Assembly: GCA_021787555.1 (NCBI GenBank)
Contig: JAJYLS010000001.1
Location: forward strand, 27,967 to 91,966
Origin: Acidobacteriota bacterium
Lineage (GTDB): Bacteria; Acidobacteriota; Terriglobia; Bryobacterales; Bryobacteraceae
Length of the DNA stretch: 64,000 bases
Direction: 5' to 3'
The notes under the pieces are model-generated. The model ran no database searches. It was not told the DNA's origin and was given only the letters and a program-made list of their open reading frames with translations. This document shows positions 48,393-58,687 of this stretch, in pieces. How positions within the stretch are numbered: position 1 is the stretch's first letter; each line of letters opens with the position of its first letter. The position numbers and the translations under genes are program-made.

Positions 48393-49571
48393 TTAGGGCA
48401 TTCGCGATTTTCCGCGGCCGGGCTGGCGTGCGCCGCTTAACAACCAGAGCACGAAGGCGATGAGAAGCGCGAGGAGAGGGTCGGTGGATTCCGGGGTGCG
48501 GCCGGGAAGATAGCGTTGGGCGCCTTCGCCGATGGCGAGGGCGGCGGCGACGAGGGCGGCGGCGCGGGCGTAACGGAGACCGCCGAGGTGCAGCAGCCAG
48601 ACCATGGCGCCATAGTCGTAAGCCTTTTGCAGGAGGACGACGATGCCGGCCTGGCGATTGGATTCGAGGCTGGCGGCGAAAGGAATCCAGGAAAACGGCG
48701 CAGGGGTGGAAGCGAAGTGAAGGGGCGTGAACTCGCGGAGCAGGAGGGCGGAGGCGAGGGCGTAGAGGGCGGCGGGGCGGCGGCCGCGCGCGGGGAGGAC
48801 CCACCAGACCAGCAGCGCGAGAAGGGCGCCGAGGGCAGCTTCGAAAGGCAGGCGGCGGCCCACGACGAGCATGCGCAGGGGCAGGCACAACATGGCAATG
48901 GCGAGCCAGTGCCAGCGCAGGCGGCCGGCCGTGGAGGGCAGGCCGCCGTGGAGGATGGCATCGATGGCGACGGCTGCGGCAAGCCATTCGGCGGCGCTGG
49001 CCCAGACGTGAACGGCGGAGACGGAGGCCGGATGCAGGAGGGCCAGGAAGCCGCGCCAAAGGGTTGTGAGGGACGGGAAGGGGAAGAAAGGGTAAAGCTG
49101 GTGGCCGATCCAGCAAGCCAGCAGGAAGGCAGGAGCGGCGACCGGCTGGCCATGGCGGCGCGCCCAGGTACGCTCGATTTCCTCGCGGTAGGCCAGCGCG
49201 GCAAGAGCGCCGAGGAGGGCGCCGGTGGTGTTAGAGAGCACGTCGAGCAGGGAAGTTTCGCGGCCGGGGATGTAGAGCTGGAGGACCTCGACGGCGAAGG
49301 AGAGGGCGAAGCCCAGGATGGTGGCACCGGATACGGCGAAACCGCGTGTGCGGCGGCGCACCAGCATCAGAAACGCCGACGCGCCGAGCGGCATATAAAA
49401 CAGAACGTTGGCTGCCATATCGCGTATGAGGCCACGAGTCCAGACGGCGGGCCAGGAGTGGAACAAGAGGAAGTCGAGCGGATCGCCGGAGTAACGGTCA
49501 AACCTGAAATGCCAGGGGTAGAAGGAGCCGTAGAGGATGAGGGCGAGGACCAGCAGGAAAAGTCTAAACAA
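48393..49571 (-). CDS. VanZ family membrane protein
   Basis: YGS.YP, D..ANVLFYMPLG and E.LQ...PGR..SL.D...N motifs, plus a second VanZ-like repeat. Confidence 0.85.
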   Translation of the reverse strand: MFRLFLLVLALILYGSFYPWHFRFDRYSGDPLDFLLFHSWPAVWTRGLIRDMAANVLFYMPLGASAFLMLVRRRTRGFAVSGATILGFALSFAVEVLQLYIPGRETSLLDVLSNTTGALLGALAALAYREEIERTWARRHGQPVAAPAFLLACWIGHQLYPFFPFPSLTTLWRGFLALLHPASVSAVHVWASAAEWLAAAVAIDAILHGGLPSTAGRLRWHWLAIAMLCLPLRMLVVGRRLPFEAALGALLALLVWWVLPARGRRPAALYALASALLLREFTPLHFASTPAPFSWIPFAASLESNRQAGIVVLLQKAYDYGAMVWLLHLGGLRYARAAALVAAALAIGEGAQRYLPGRTPESTDPLLALLIAFVLWLLSGARQPGRGKSRMP

Positions 49572-49620
49572 TTCCGTATCTTAGCAGCTTGAAAAGGGCG
49601 CGGTGCATAGAATAGAGAGA

Positions 49621-50052
49621 ATGCGCATGAAGCTTCATCATGTGGGAATCGTGGTCGAGAGCATCGAGCGGCAGGCGCGGCGGTATGCGGACTTCCTGGG
49701 GCTGGCGCCGGTTTCGGCGGTGGTGATGGATGCAACACAGAAGGTGAACGTGCAATTCCTGGCGGAGAAGGCGGGGGAGACAAGCGTGGAGCTGATCGAA
49801 CCGCTGCCGGGCGAATCGCCGGTGCGGCGGGCGCTCGAAAAAGGCGGGGGATTGAACCACCTCTGCTTCGAAGTGACGAACATCGAGGAAGCGGTGCGGC
49901 GGGCGGAAGGGAATGGCGCACTCTGCGTGCGCGCGCCGGTGCCGGCGGCGGCATTCGAGGGGCGGCGGATCGCGTTCGTATTTTTCCGGGGGATGGGGTT
50001 GATCGAATTCGTGGAGGCGCCACGCGGGGCCGGGGAGCGGGGCGATGACTGA
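49621..50052 (+). CDS. VOC family protein (methylmalonyl-CoA epimerase-like)
   Basis: HHVGIVV, VELIEP, GLNHLCFEV and IEFVE metal-ligand motifs. Confidence 0.88.
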   Translation: MRMKLHHVGIVVESIERQARRYADFLGLAPVSAVVMDATQKVNVQFLAEKAGETSVELIEPLPGESPVRRALEKGGGLNHLCFEVTNIEEAVRRAEGNGALCVRAPVPAAAFEGRRIAFVFFRGMGLIEFVEAPRGAGERGDD

Positions 50053-51766
50053 GTTAAGGGTTGCGCTGCTGGCCAGTTGCACGATCGAGGTGCTGCAAAA
50101 ACCGTTGGCGGCCGAATTGGAAAAGCGCGGGATTCAGGCGGAGTTTTGGGTTGGCGGATTCGGGCAATACCGGCAGGACATTCTGAACGCCGCGTCGGGG
50201 CTGTATGGGTTCGGACCGGCGGTGGTGGTGCTGTACCTGGACGGAGAGGACGTTTTCAAGGAGCTGATCGAAAATCCGTTGGAGGCGGATGCCGGCGCGC
50301 GGCGGGAATTGGCGCTGCGGCGGGCGGGCGAAGTGCGCGCCCTGGTGGAAACGATGGCGGAGCGGCTGCCGCAGGCGACGGTGATGCTGAACACGGCGGT
50401 AGTCCGGCCGCTGAACGCGCTGACGGGGCTGGAATACAACTCGGGGTACGGGATCGAGGATGCAGTGAGCGCGTACAACGAGGAACTGGGGCGGCTGGCA
50501 CGGAGCGGGCATTCGGCAGTGGTGGTGGACGCGGCGGCGCTGGCGGCATGGATCGGTTACGCGCGCTGGCAGGATACCAGGATGTGGTGCCTGGCGCGGT
50601 CGCGCTGGAGCCGGGCGGCGCTTCAGGCGCTGGCGGAGCGGTACACGGCGGCGATCTGCGGGCGATTGGGACGGATCCGCAAGTGCATCGCGCTGGACCT
50701 GGACAATACGCTGTGGGGCGGGATCATCGGCGAAGACGGGATGGAGGGCATCCGGCTGGGCGAGGACGGGACCGGGCGTGCGTTCGTGGAATTTCAGAGC
50801 GAGCTGCTGAATTTGTACCGCAAGGGCATTCTGCTGGCGGTGTGCAGCAAGAACAATCCGGAGGACGCGTTGCAGGCGATCCGGCGGCATCCGGCGATGC
50901 GGCTCCGGGAGGAACATTTCGCGGCGCTGCGGATCAATTGGGAGGACAAGGCGTCGAACCTGCGGGCGATGGCGGAGCAACTGAACATCGGGCTCGACAG
51001 CATGGTGTTTCTGGACGATAATCCGGCGGAGCGGACGTGGGTGCGGCAGGCGGCGCCGGAGGTGCTGGTGCCGGAGTGGCCGGCGGATCCGGGGGAATAC
51101 AAAGGCGCGCTGCTGGAGCTGGCCGCGGCGCACTTTCACAAGCTGGGGATCACGGCGGAAGACCGGAAGCGCGGCGAAATTTACCAGGCGCAGGCGGAGC
51201 GGTGGAAGCTGGAAGCGGCGGCGGGACCGATAGAAGATTTTTATCGCGGGCTGGAGATGCGGGTGAAGATCGGGCGGGCGGAGTCGTTCACCATTCCGCG
51301 GATCGCGCAGCTTACGCAGAAAACCAACCAGTTCAACGTGACGACGCGGCGGTACACGGAGGCGGACATCCGCGCCATGAGCCAGGATCCGGAATGCGCG
51401 ATTTTCTGGCTGGACCTGACGGACCGGTTCGGGCCGAGCGGCGTGGTGGGGGTGCTGATTCTGAAGCGCGAGGCGGGCGACGTGTGGCTCATCGACACCT
51501 TCCTGCTGAGCTGCCGGGTGATGGGGCGCACGGTGGAGAGCGCGTTTCTGGCGGTGGTGGTGCGCGAGCCGGGGGCGGCGCGGCTGATCGGCGAGTACCG
51601 GCCGACCGCGAAGAACGCGCCGGTGAAGGATTTGTATCCGAAGCTGGGATTCGAGTTCACGCGGCAAGCGGGGGAGAGCCGGTTTTGGGAGCTGGACCTG
51701 AGGCGGAAGGAACTTAGGGTCCCGGAGTGGTTCGAAGTGGAGATGGTGCGAGGCAGCGTGGCGTAA
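50045..51766 (+). CDS. FkbH-like HAD-IIIC phosphatase / glyceryl transferase
   Basis: DLDNTLWGG, SKN, FLDDNP.E, KTNQFN, DRFG and LSCRV motifs. Confidence 0.92.
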   Translation: MTELRVALLASCTIEVLQKPLAAELEKRGIQAEFWVGGFGQYRQDILNAASGLYGFGPAVVVLYLDGEDVFKELIENPLEADAGARRELALRRAGEVRALVETMAERLPQATVMLNTAVVRPLNALTGLEYNSGYGIEDAVSAYNEELGRLARSGHSAVVVDAAALAAWIGYARWQDTRMWCLARSRWSRAALQALAERYTAAICGRLGRIRKCIALDLDNTLWGGIIGEDGMEGIRLGEDGTGRAFVEFQSELLNLYRKGILLAVCSKNNPEDALQAIRRHPAMRLREEHFAALRINWEDKASNLRAMAEQLNIGLDSMVFLDDNPAERTWVRQAAPEVLVPEWPADPGEYKGALLELAAAHFHKLGITAEDRKRGEIYQAQAERWKLEAAAGPIEDFYRGLEMRVKIGRAESFTIPRIAQLTQKTNQFNVTTRRYTEADIRAMSQDPECAIFWLDLTDRFGPSGVVGVLILKREAGDVWLIDTFLLSCRVMGRTVESAFLAVVVREPGAARLIGEYRPTAKNAPVKDLYPKLGFEFTRQAGESRFWELDLRRKELRVPEWFEVEMVRGSVA

Positions 51767-51770
51767 GAAA

Positions 51771-52679
51771 TCACACGCGAAACGCGGCGGCGAGCTGGTG
51801 GAAGTAGCGCTCGGGCAAGGCGGGATCGGCGGCGATGCGGCGGAGGAGGAATGGGTCGGCGGGCCGGGAGTTGAGGCCCGGGATGGTGCTGACGGCGGTT
51901 TCGAAGCCGGAGGCGCGCACGGCGGAGAGCGCGTCTTCGCCGATATCGTGCCAGCTTCCGTTCGGATAACAAAAATGGACGGACGGACGGCCGAGCTCAT
52001 CTTCCAGGCGGCGCTTGGAGCCGGCAATTTCGCGCGTGATTTCGGAGACGGAAGAGATGGAGGACAGGATGGGATGGGTCATGGTGTGCGGGCCGAATTC
52101 CACGCCTTCGGCGGCCAGCCGGCGGACTTCGTCCCAGAATAAGGGGCGATATTCGGGCGGAGGCTCGGAGGGCAGAACGATGCCGAGGGAAGCGGAGAGC
52201 CGCGCGAGGGCGCTTAAGCGTTCGGCGTTGGGGAGACGCTTGAGGGACTCGACCATTTGGCGGCTTTCCTCATAGGGACGGTTGGCACGGCGATAGGCAT
52301 ATTGGACGCGATCGACCCAGAGCCAGAGCTTGCCATCGAGAAAATCCGTGACGACGAACACGGTGACAGGGATGCCGTACTCGCGAAAAACGGGATGGGC
52401 GACGGTGAGAAAATCGCGATAGCCGTCATCGACGGTGATGGCGACGGGGTTTTCGGGAAGGGGTTCGCCGATTTTGAGCCAGCGGCCCACACGCGAGATG
52501 GAAACGGGGTTGTAGTGGCGGCGGATGTGGGCGCACTGGCTGGCGAGGGCCGCGGGATCCGAAAAGTGATGGTACATGAGGATGCGGAGTCCGCGCCGGT
52601 TAAACCAGCGGACCGCATCAAGACCGCCTCCACGGTGAAATGCTTCGATGGCAAGGCGCTTAAAGGGGGTGTCGCGCAT
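51771..52679 (-). CDS. Polysaccharide deacetylase
   Basis: ILMYH, ITVDDG, HTMTHP and FCYPNG motifs. Confidence 0.9.
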   Translation of the reverse strand: MRDTPFKRLAIEAFHRGGGLDAVRWFNRRGLRILMYHHFSDPAALASQCAHIRRHYNPVSISRVGRWLKIGEPLPENPVAITVDDGYRDFLTVAHPVFREYGIPVTVFVVTDFLDGKLWLWVDRVQYAYRRANRPYEESRQMVESLKRLPNAERLSALARLSASLGIVLPSEPPPEYRPLFWDEVRRLAAEGVEFGPHTMTHPILSSISSVSEITREIAGSKRRLEDELGRPSVHFCYPNGSWHDIGEDALSAVRASGFETAVSTIPGLNSRPADPFLLRRIAADPALPERYFHQLAAAFRV

Positions 52680-52832
52680 CAGCTTTCAGCTTATCAGCGC
52701 GCGGCAGTCAACCGTGGGCCGCGGCGGCCCGGACTTGCGGTTCGGTAGCGCCTTTACCTTGTTGTACATACCACCTTCGGCCCGCTGAAAACTGCCGGCG
52801 GACGGTCAGCACCAGCTTCGCGGCTCTCAAAC

Positions 52833-53861
52833 TCAAAGAAGCTCTTTGTATAGTTCCAGCACCGCACGAAGATTCTCATCCGTGGCCTGCGGTATGGCGC
52901 TCCGGCGGTGGTTCAACGCTTCTTGAATTGCGGTGTCGAGTGCCTCCGCATCTTGCGTGGGAATCAGCCGGACACCCGGAGGGCGCATTCCGTTATCAGT
53001 TGCAATTACGGGTGTCCCGAGGTGGAGAGCCTCGCGGACCGAAACCGCGTCGCCGTCATAGAGCGTGGTCCGCAGCATGAGATCGCTTTCGGCGATAGCG
53101 CGCAGCGTGACATCGTGGGGCACATCGCCGGCGAGCAGGACGTGATCGTGCCAGGGGGCCGCGTCAATCTCTCCGCGGAGGGCTGCTTCCAGGCTGCCCG
53201 AGCCAACCATCAGGAGACCGGCATCAGGAAAAGCCTGGCGCACCCGGCCGATGGCCTTTATCTGCAAAGGCAGATCGTATTCGGGCTCGAGCAGGCCCAC
53301 CGTGATCACCAGCGGTTTATGCGCGCGGATGAAGGCCGAGATGAGCGAGGGATAGACCGCGCCGGGATCGGGCGCCGAGAGGGCGTGAGGCTGGATCAGG
53401 TGAATACGATCCTTGGACACGCCGAATCTACCGAACAGCGCGACCAGTTCCTCGTTAACGGCGATCAGTGCATCGAAGCGGCGAAAGACGAAGCCTCGCA
53501 GTGTGGCGGACCTGGCGCTGCGGCCCGCCGGCGAAGATGGGTAACCACCAGAGTGGAAAGTTAGGACCGTCTTGCGGCCGGGAATTGCATTGCAGACCAG
53601 ATAGAGCGCCAGCAGCCGCAGAGTTAGACCGCCGCCGAGGTGCAGATGCAGCACGTCGTAACGCAGCCGCAAGAGGAGTGCGACCAAGGCCACGGCGGAG
53701 CCCGGGTAGTAGACGCCGTCCGCCTGGGTTTGGCGATGCCGCGTGATGTTTATAACCGGGGCATCGTGTCCCTGGCTGCGCAGGTACTCGCGAATCGACA
53801 CCAGATTGGCCTGAACACCGCCCCACGGCGGCGGGTAGGGCCCGAGCTGTAAGACCGTCAT
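52833..53861 (-). CDS. Glycosyltransferase family 4
   Basis: GPYPPPWGGV, DG...SVREAL.LGTPVIATD motifs. Confidence 0.88.
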   Translation of the reverse strand: MTVLQLGPYPPPWGGVQANLVSIREYLRSQGHDAPVINITRHRQTQADGVYYPGSAVALVALLLRLRYDVLHLHLGGGLTLRLLALYLVCNAIPGRKTVLTFHSGGYPSSPAGRSARSATLRGFVFRRFDALIAVNEELVALFGRFGVSKDRIHLIQPHALSAPDPGAVYPSLISAFIRAHKPLVITVGLLEPEYDLPLQIKAIGRVRQAFPDAGLLMVGSGSLEAALRGEIDAAPWHDHVLLAGDVPHDVTLRAIAESDLMLRTTLYDGDAVSVREALHLGTPVIATDNGMRPPGVRLIPTQDAEALDTAIQEALNHRRSAIPQATDENLRAVLELYKELL

Positions 53862-56041
53862 ATAGCCTGCGGGAGCGCCAGAGCGGTATCCAATGCGATC
53901 TCCACCGGCGCCTGACGGCGCGCGGATTCGAGCATGGCCAGGCAGCCGATGGTAGCGCGCGCCCCATCCCGCGCGGTTACGGCGGGCGGGCGGCCGCGGC
54001 GGATGGCTTCAACGAAATCCTGCATTTGCGCCGCGTAACCCTTCTCGGGCCAGATCGCGGAGCGCGAGCGCCGCGTTCCAGCGCGAATGCTCAGGCGCTT
54101 GAAGTTTTCGGTGGTAACACCCAGTCCGGGCGCGAAGATATCCACGCGCTCGCCCCCCGAGGTGCGGCTCCCGACTGTGCAATACGTCAAATTGCCGATC
54201 GAACCGTCGGCAAAATGGAAGCTGGCCGCCAAATTGTTTTCGCCGGCGGGGTCCTGCTGGCCGGCCGGCAACGACCAGGCCGCGACGCAGATTGGCTCGG
54301 AATCGAGCAGCCAGTACATCAGGTCAACAAAGTGGCAGGCCTCGCCCAAGATCGCGCCCCCGATGGCGGGGTCCGCCATCCAGTACGCCCCTGAAATGCC
54401 CGGCGAATTCACTACGCAATTGATGACCGCCGGACCGGCCCGCCGCGTCAATTGCTTCTTGGCGCCGGCATAGAACGGCGCAAAACGCCGGTTGAATCCC
54501 ACCGTGAAGCAGCGGCCGGTTTCCGCCTCGGCGGCGCACAGCTCGCGGCATTCCGGCGCGGTGAGCGCCATCGGCTTTTCGACGAACACGTGCTTGCCCG
54601 CGCGCAGCGCGTCCAGAGCCTGTGCCGCATGATGCTGGTTGCGGCTGGCGATCACCACGAAATCGATCTCCGGATCGCGCAGCAACTCGGCGTAATCGGA
54701 CGTGCAGTATTGAGCGCCAAAGCGCAAACCGTAGCTTTTGCCCCGGGCGCCGCTCAGCGAATGCACAGCCCGCAGGCGGACGCCAGCCATCTTTTTCAAA
54801 TTAGGAAGATGGTGCCACTTCGCGATATTGCCGGCGCCCACGAGCGCAGCCTGAAGATGGGCGCCGTCCGCGCGCACGGGAGCGGTGATGTCCACCTTGC
54901 GCTTGGGCGCGAAAGCTGCCGCGTCACCCTCTTCCGCGGCCGGATACCGCAAGAGCACCGCCAGGCTGCGCGAAGCTGGTTCGAGAATGGTCTGATAGGC
55001 CCGTGCCGCTTCTTCCAGCGGGAACCGGTGGGTGATGAGCGGCTGAAGCTGGACAGCCCCGGCACTTACGAGCCGCAGGAACTCGCCCATATTGCGGTTC
55101 TCGGTCCAGCGCACATAGGCAACAGGATAGTCCCGGCCCTGTTTCTCATAGGCCGGATCATAGCTGCCAGGCCCATAAGCCCGCGCCATGAAGAGCTGGA
55201 TTTCCTTGAGATACATCTCGCTCCAGGGAAACTCCAGTCCGACCGCGCCGACCACGACGATCCTGCCGCGGTCCCGACAGATCTCCAGGGCCAAACGGGC
55301 CGGCGCCGCGGATTTGGCCGCCGCAGCCACGATGACGCAATCGGCCCCGCGCCCTCCGGTGACGGCTTGTATCTGGTCGCGGATCGAGCCGCCCGCGAAC
55401 CCATAATTGGCCCCAAGTTTTTGAGCCAGCTCGGTACGTTCCGGCTTGAGATCGATGGCAGCCAGGACGCCACCCTGGAGTTTGACCAGTTGCGCCACGA
55501 GCTGCCCCACCAAACCCAAGCCAATGACCGCGACGACGTCACCCAGCCCGGCGCCGGATATACGGGCGGCATTCATGGCGATGCTGCCCAGCGTAGCGAA
55601 GCAGGCGTGCTCGAATCCGATGTTATCGGGTACGGGGACAACCAGGTTGCGCCCCGTCACGATGCTCTCTCCGTGGCCGGTGCCTTCACCGCCGTAAGCC
55701 ACGCGAGCGCCAAGTTCCAAGTCCAGGACGGTCTCGTGCTTCGCTGCCACCACGCCCGCTCCGGAGTAACCCAGCACGGCATATTCGCTAAACTTGGCGC
55801 GCACTTCTGTAAGCGTACGCAGCGGTCCCATGGTCTGGGAGGCGAGCCATATCTTCTGCAGGTGCGAGGGATTGTCGGCGAGTTCCTTAAGGACGCCTTC
55901 CTGATGGATACTGGCCGTCTCTGTGCCGGCGCTGATAAGCGAATACCGTGGCCGAACAAGCACGTGGTGCGAGCTGAGGGCCGGATCCGGTACTTCGTCG
56001 ACAATAATCTCTTTCAGACCGCGCCGAATGACCTGTTTCAT
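53858..56041 (-). CDS. Bi-domain oxidoreductase (MDR/zinc-binding dehydrogenase + Gfo/Idh/MocA)
   Basis: SLISAGTE, GLGLVG, YGPG.YD..YE..G.DYP..YVRWTE.RN, then HVFVEKP and VGFNRRF. Start MKQVIRR. Confidence 0.9.
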   Translation of the reverse strand: MKQVIRRGLKEIIVDEVPDPALSSHHVLVRPRYSLISAGTETASIHQEGVLKELADNPSHLQKIWLASQTMGPLRTLTEVRAKFSEYAVLGYSGAGVVAAKHETVLDLELGARVAYGGEGTGHGESIVTGRNLVVPVPDNIGFEHACFATLGSIAMNAARISGAGLGDVVAVIGLGLVGQLVAQLVKLQGGVLAAIDLKPERTELAQKLGANYGFAGGSIRDQIQAVTGGRGADCVIVAAAAKSAAPARLALEICRDRGRIVVVGAVGLEFPWSEMYLKEIQLFMARAYGPGSYDPAYEKQGRDYPVAYVRWTENRNMGEFLRLVSAGAVQLQPLITHRFPLEEAARAYQTILEPASRSLAVLLRYPAAEEGDAAAFAPKRKVDITAPVRADGAHLQAALVGAGNIAKWHHLPNLKKMAGVRLRAVHSLSGARGKSYGLRFGAQYCTSDYAELLRDPEIDFVVIASRNQHHAAQALDALRAGKHVFVEKPMALTAPECRELCAAEAETGRCFTVGFNRRFAPFYAGAKKQLTRRAGPAVINCVVNSPGISGAYWMADPAIGGAILGEACHFVDLMYWLLDSEPICVAAWSLPAGQQDPAGENNLAASFHFADGSIGNLTYCTVGSRTSGGERVDIFAPGLGVTTENFKRLSIRAGTRRSRSAIWPEKGYAAQMQDFVEAIRRGRPPAVTARDGARATIGCLAMLESARRQAPVEIALDTALALPQAI

Positions 56042-56209
56042 AACGAAGCTGCGAAGACAGGGGCCGCACGCCGAAGGACCCCCAATCTGTTCAGTATAGC
56101 CGGGCTCTTGAAGCGCGCGCTCAGCAACAGTGGCCGGCGATTCGACACAGTTGATTACCGAGCGTACTAGTACGATCGAACGAACGCGTTGATGTATAAT
56201 TAATCGCAA

Positions 56210-57637
56210 TTGCAGCGCATCCTAATGGCACCCGGACTCAAGGCACCCGCGCTCAGTGATACAGCAAATCCAGTCCAAAAACTGGGAATGATATTTTTGC
56301 TGCCGTTGCTCTTTGCGGGTAACAGCCGGATTTTCGATTTTGCATTTGCTTCGCTCCACGTACCCGGAATTCTGTTCGCGCTGGTGGCGATTCTGGTGTC
56401 CGCCAGCACTCAGGTGGGAAAGGTCTTGAGCGATCGGCGAATCGGAAGGTACATGGCGCTGTTCACGGTATGGACTTTTGCAACCGTGCCGTTTTCCGCC
56501 TGGCGCGGAGGGGCGCTGCATGATGCAACGCAAATTTGGCCGAGAGCACTGTTAACATTTTTGGCGCTGAGCTGCCTGCCGGCGTCCCTGCCAAGCATCC
56601 GGCGGGCGATTTACACGTGGGGATTCGCCGTCTTCGTGCTGGCCGTATTAGCGAAAAAGTATGGCGATTTCAGCATGGGGCGGCTGGCGTTGCCGCAGGG
56701 GGAGTTCGAGAATCCAAACGATCTGGGGATGGCCCTGTTGATGGGCTTCCCGTACCTGATTTTTGTCGCCATGGAGGCCGGCATCTGCTTACGGCTGGCG
56801 GCGCTCGGAGGACTAATACCTGTTTTTTGGGCGCTGTTGCAGACGGGGTCGCGTGGCGCGCTGCTCGCGCTGGGAGTCGTGACGGCTTTTCTGTTTCTGC
56901 GGTGCTCCCCTGCGGGTAGAATTCTGGTGGTTGCCGGCTTTGCGGCGGTATTGGCCGCGGCCGTGGTCGTTTTGCCGCACAGGACTATAGTACGGTACAC
57001 AATACTATTCAAAGCCGGCACGGACGCCGAGCAACTCCAGGCTGACGATCCGAACGAGATGAGAGATGTGAAAGGCGAAGAGGCGACGGTAGCATCGTCC
57101 AACGCGAGATACGATCTTTTGATTGCGAGCCTCAAGATGACATTGCAACACCCTATCGTGGGTGTGGGCATCGGCCAGTTTATGGCGGCCAGGCACGTAG
57201 GATCGGAAAACCTCCCGTATAAGATTTCGTGGCAGCCGACCCACAACACGTATACGCAGATATCGAGCGAAACGGGGCTGGTGGGATTTTTCTTTTACAT
57301 GGCGGCTTTTGTCGGCTGTTTCCGGCTGGGGCGGCAACTCGAGCGGTTCGCGAAGGCGCAGATCCATCCGCAATGGCGAACGATCTCGCGGATGGCTTTT
57401 TGTTTGCGGACCTCACTGGTTAGTTTCGCCGTGACAAGCTTCTTTGCGAGCGTCGGCTACTCGGGCATGTTCCAGACGATTGCGGGCCTGATGCTGGCGC
57501 TGGCATACGCATGCGAGCCTTATTTCAGCCAATGGCAGGAGCAGCAGAAACAGTTCAAGGCGACGGTCTCCGGCCCGATGCTCCGGCCGGGCGAGGCTGC
57601 GGCGCCGGTGCGCCTGCCGGCCCGGCGGTTCGCATAG
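56210..57637 (+). CDS. O-antigen ligase / Wzy polymerase-like protein, paralog 2
   Basis: LPQGEFENPNDL, TGSRGA and HNTYTQISSETG motifs. Colinear with 41788-43131. Confidence 0.88.
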   Translation: MQRILMAPGLKAPALSDTANPVQKLGMIFLLPLLFAGNSRIFDFAFASLHVPGILFALVAILVSASTQVGKVLSDRRIGRYMALFTVWTFATVPFSAWRGGALHDATQIWPRALLTFLALSCLPASLPSIRRAIYTWGFAVFVLAVLAKKYGDFSMGRLALPQGEFENPNDLGMALLMGFPYLIFVAMEAGICLRLAALGGLIPVFWALLQTGSRGALLALGVVTAFLFLRCSPAGRILVVAGFAAVLAAAVVVLPHRTIVRYTILFKAGTDAEQLQADDPNEMRDVKGEEATVASSNARYDLLIASLKMTLQHPIVGVGIGQFMAARHVGSENLPYKISWQPTHNTYTQISSETGLVGFFFYMAAFVGCFRLGRQLERFAKAQIHPQWRTISRMAFCLRTSLVSFAVTSFFASVGYSGMFQTIAGLMLALAYACEPYFSQWQEQQKQFKATVSGPMLRPGEAAAPVRLPARRFA

Positions 57638-57646
57638 CCGCGTGCG

Positions 57647-58687
57647 ATGATTGAACTCACCGCACCGGAAGAACTGGCGGCGATCCAGGATTTTTTGCTC
57701 CAGGCTTACCAGGTGAAGCCCGGCGCAGCATTCGTTGAAGCGGCGCTTCTCCACTGGAAATATTTCGAGCCGCGGCCGGACTGGGATGGCCCGCGGAGTT
57801 ATGCTCTCAGGCAACACGGCACGATCGTGGCGCACGGATGCGTGGTGCCGTCGCAATTCCGCGGCGGCTCGCGGGAGGTGCGCGGAATCCGGGTGATCGA
57901 CTGGGCGGGCGACCGGCGCTTTCCCGGCGGCGGCGTTCTCATGATGCGCGAGTTCAACCAATGGGGCGACATCGTCATGGCCGTGGGAGGGTCGCCGGAT
58001 ACCTTGCGGGTGCTACCCAAGGTGGGATTCGAACATCGCGGGAATTCAGCAGTATATGCGCGAGTGGTCCGCCCGTGGCGGCAGTTTCGGACGGATCCCT
58101 TTCCGCGTGGCTGGAAAGCGCCTCTGCGCCTGGCGCGCAATGTAATGTGGGCTACTTCGTCGCGCAGCGCGACGGTGGCTGGGGGGTGGTCGCTCCAAAG
58201 GGTGGAACGGTTCGATCATTCCGTGACGCCTGTTCTGGAGTACGTGCCTCCGGAAACCGGGCAGCCAGTGCGCAGCCCGGACCTGCTGAACTACATGCTG
58301 CGCTGCCCGACGGTAGCCATGCGGGGCTTTTTGATCCTGGAGAAGGCAGCCGTTCGCGGCTATTGCCTGATCTGCCAGGTGGGCGGGCAGGCGCGCCTCG
58401 CGGAATTGCGGCTGGCCTGTAACGATGCGGAGGCGTGGCGGACGGGTTATTCCCTCGCGGCGCGGGCGGCCGCGGCCGATCCGGCGACCTGCGAGATTCT
58501 GGCGGTTACTGCCATCGAAGCCGCGGCCCGGGCGCTGGAAGCCAACGGATTCCGCTTCCGGCGAAACGACCCGATCCTGATTCGCGATCCGAGGGGACGA
58601 CTGGAAGGGATGCCGCCCCTGAATATCAACATGCTGGAAGGAGACGAAGCATATGTTTTTAACGCGGATTATCCTTACGAGACCTAG
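57647..58687 (+). CDS. Hypothetical GNAT-like acyltransferase
   Basis: L.WKY, DW and C-terminal EGD motifs as in EPS-locus GNAT proteins. Confidence 0.6.
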   Translation: MIELTAPEELAAIQDFLLQAYQVKPGAAFVEAALLHWKYFEPRPDWDGPRSYALRQHGTIVAHGCVVPSQFRGGSREVRGIRVIDWAGDRRFPGGGVLMMREFNQWGDIVMAVGGSPDTLRVLPKVGFEHRGNSAVYARVVRPWRQFRTDPFPRGWKAPLRLARNVMWATSSRSATVAGGWSLQRVERFDHSVTPVLEYVPPETGQPVRSPDLLNYMLRCPTVAMRGFLILEKAAVRGYCLICQVGGQARLAELRLACNDAEAWRTGYSLAARAAAADPATCEILAVTAIEAAARALEANGFRFRRNDPILIRDPRGRLEGMPPLNINMLEGDEAYVFNADYPYET

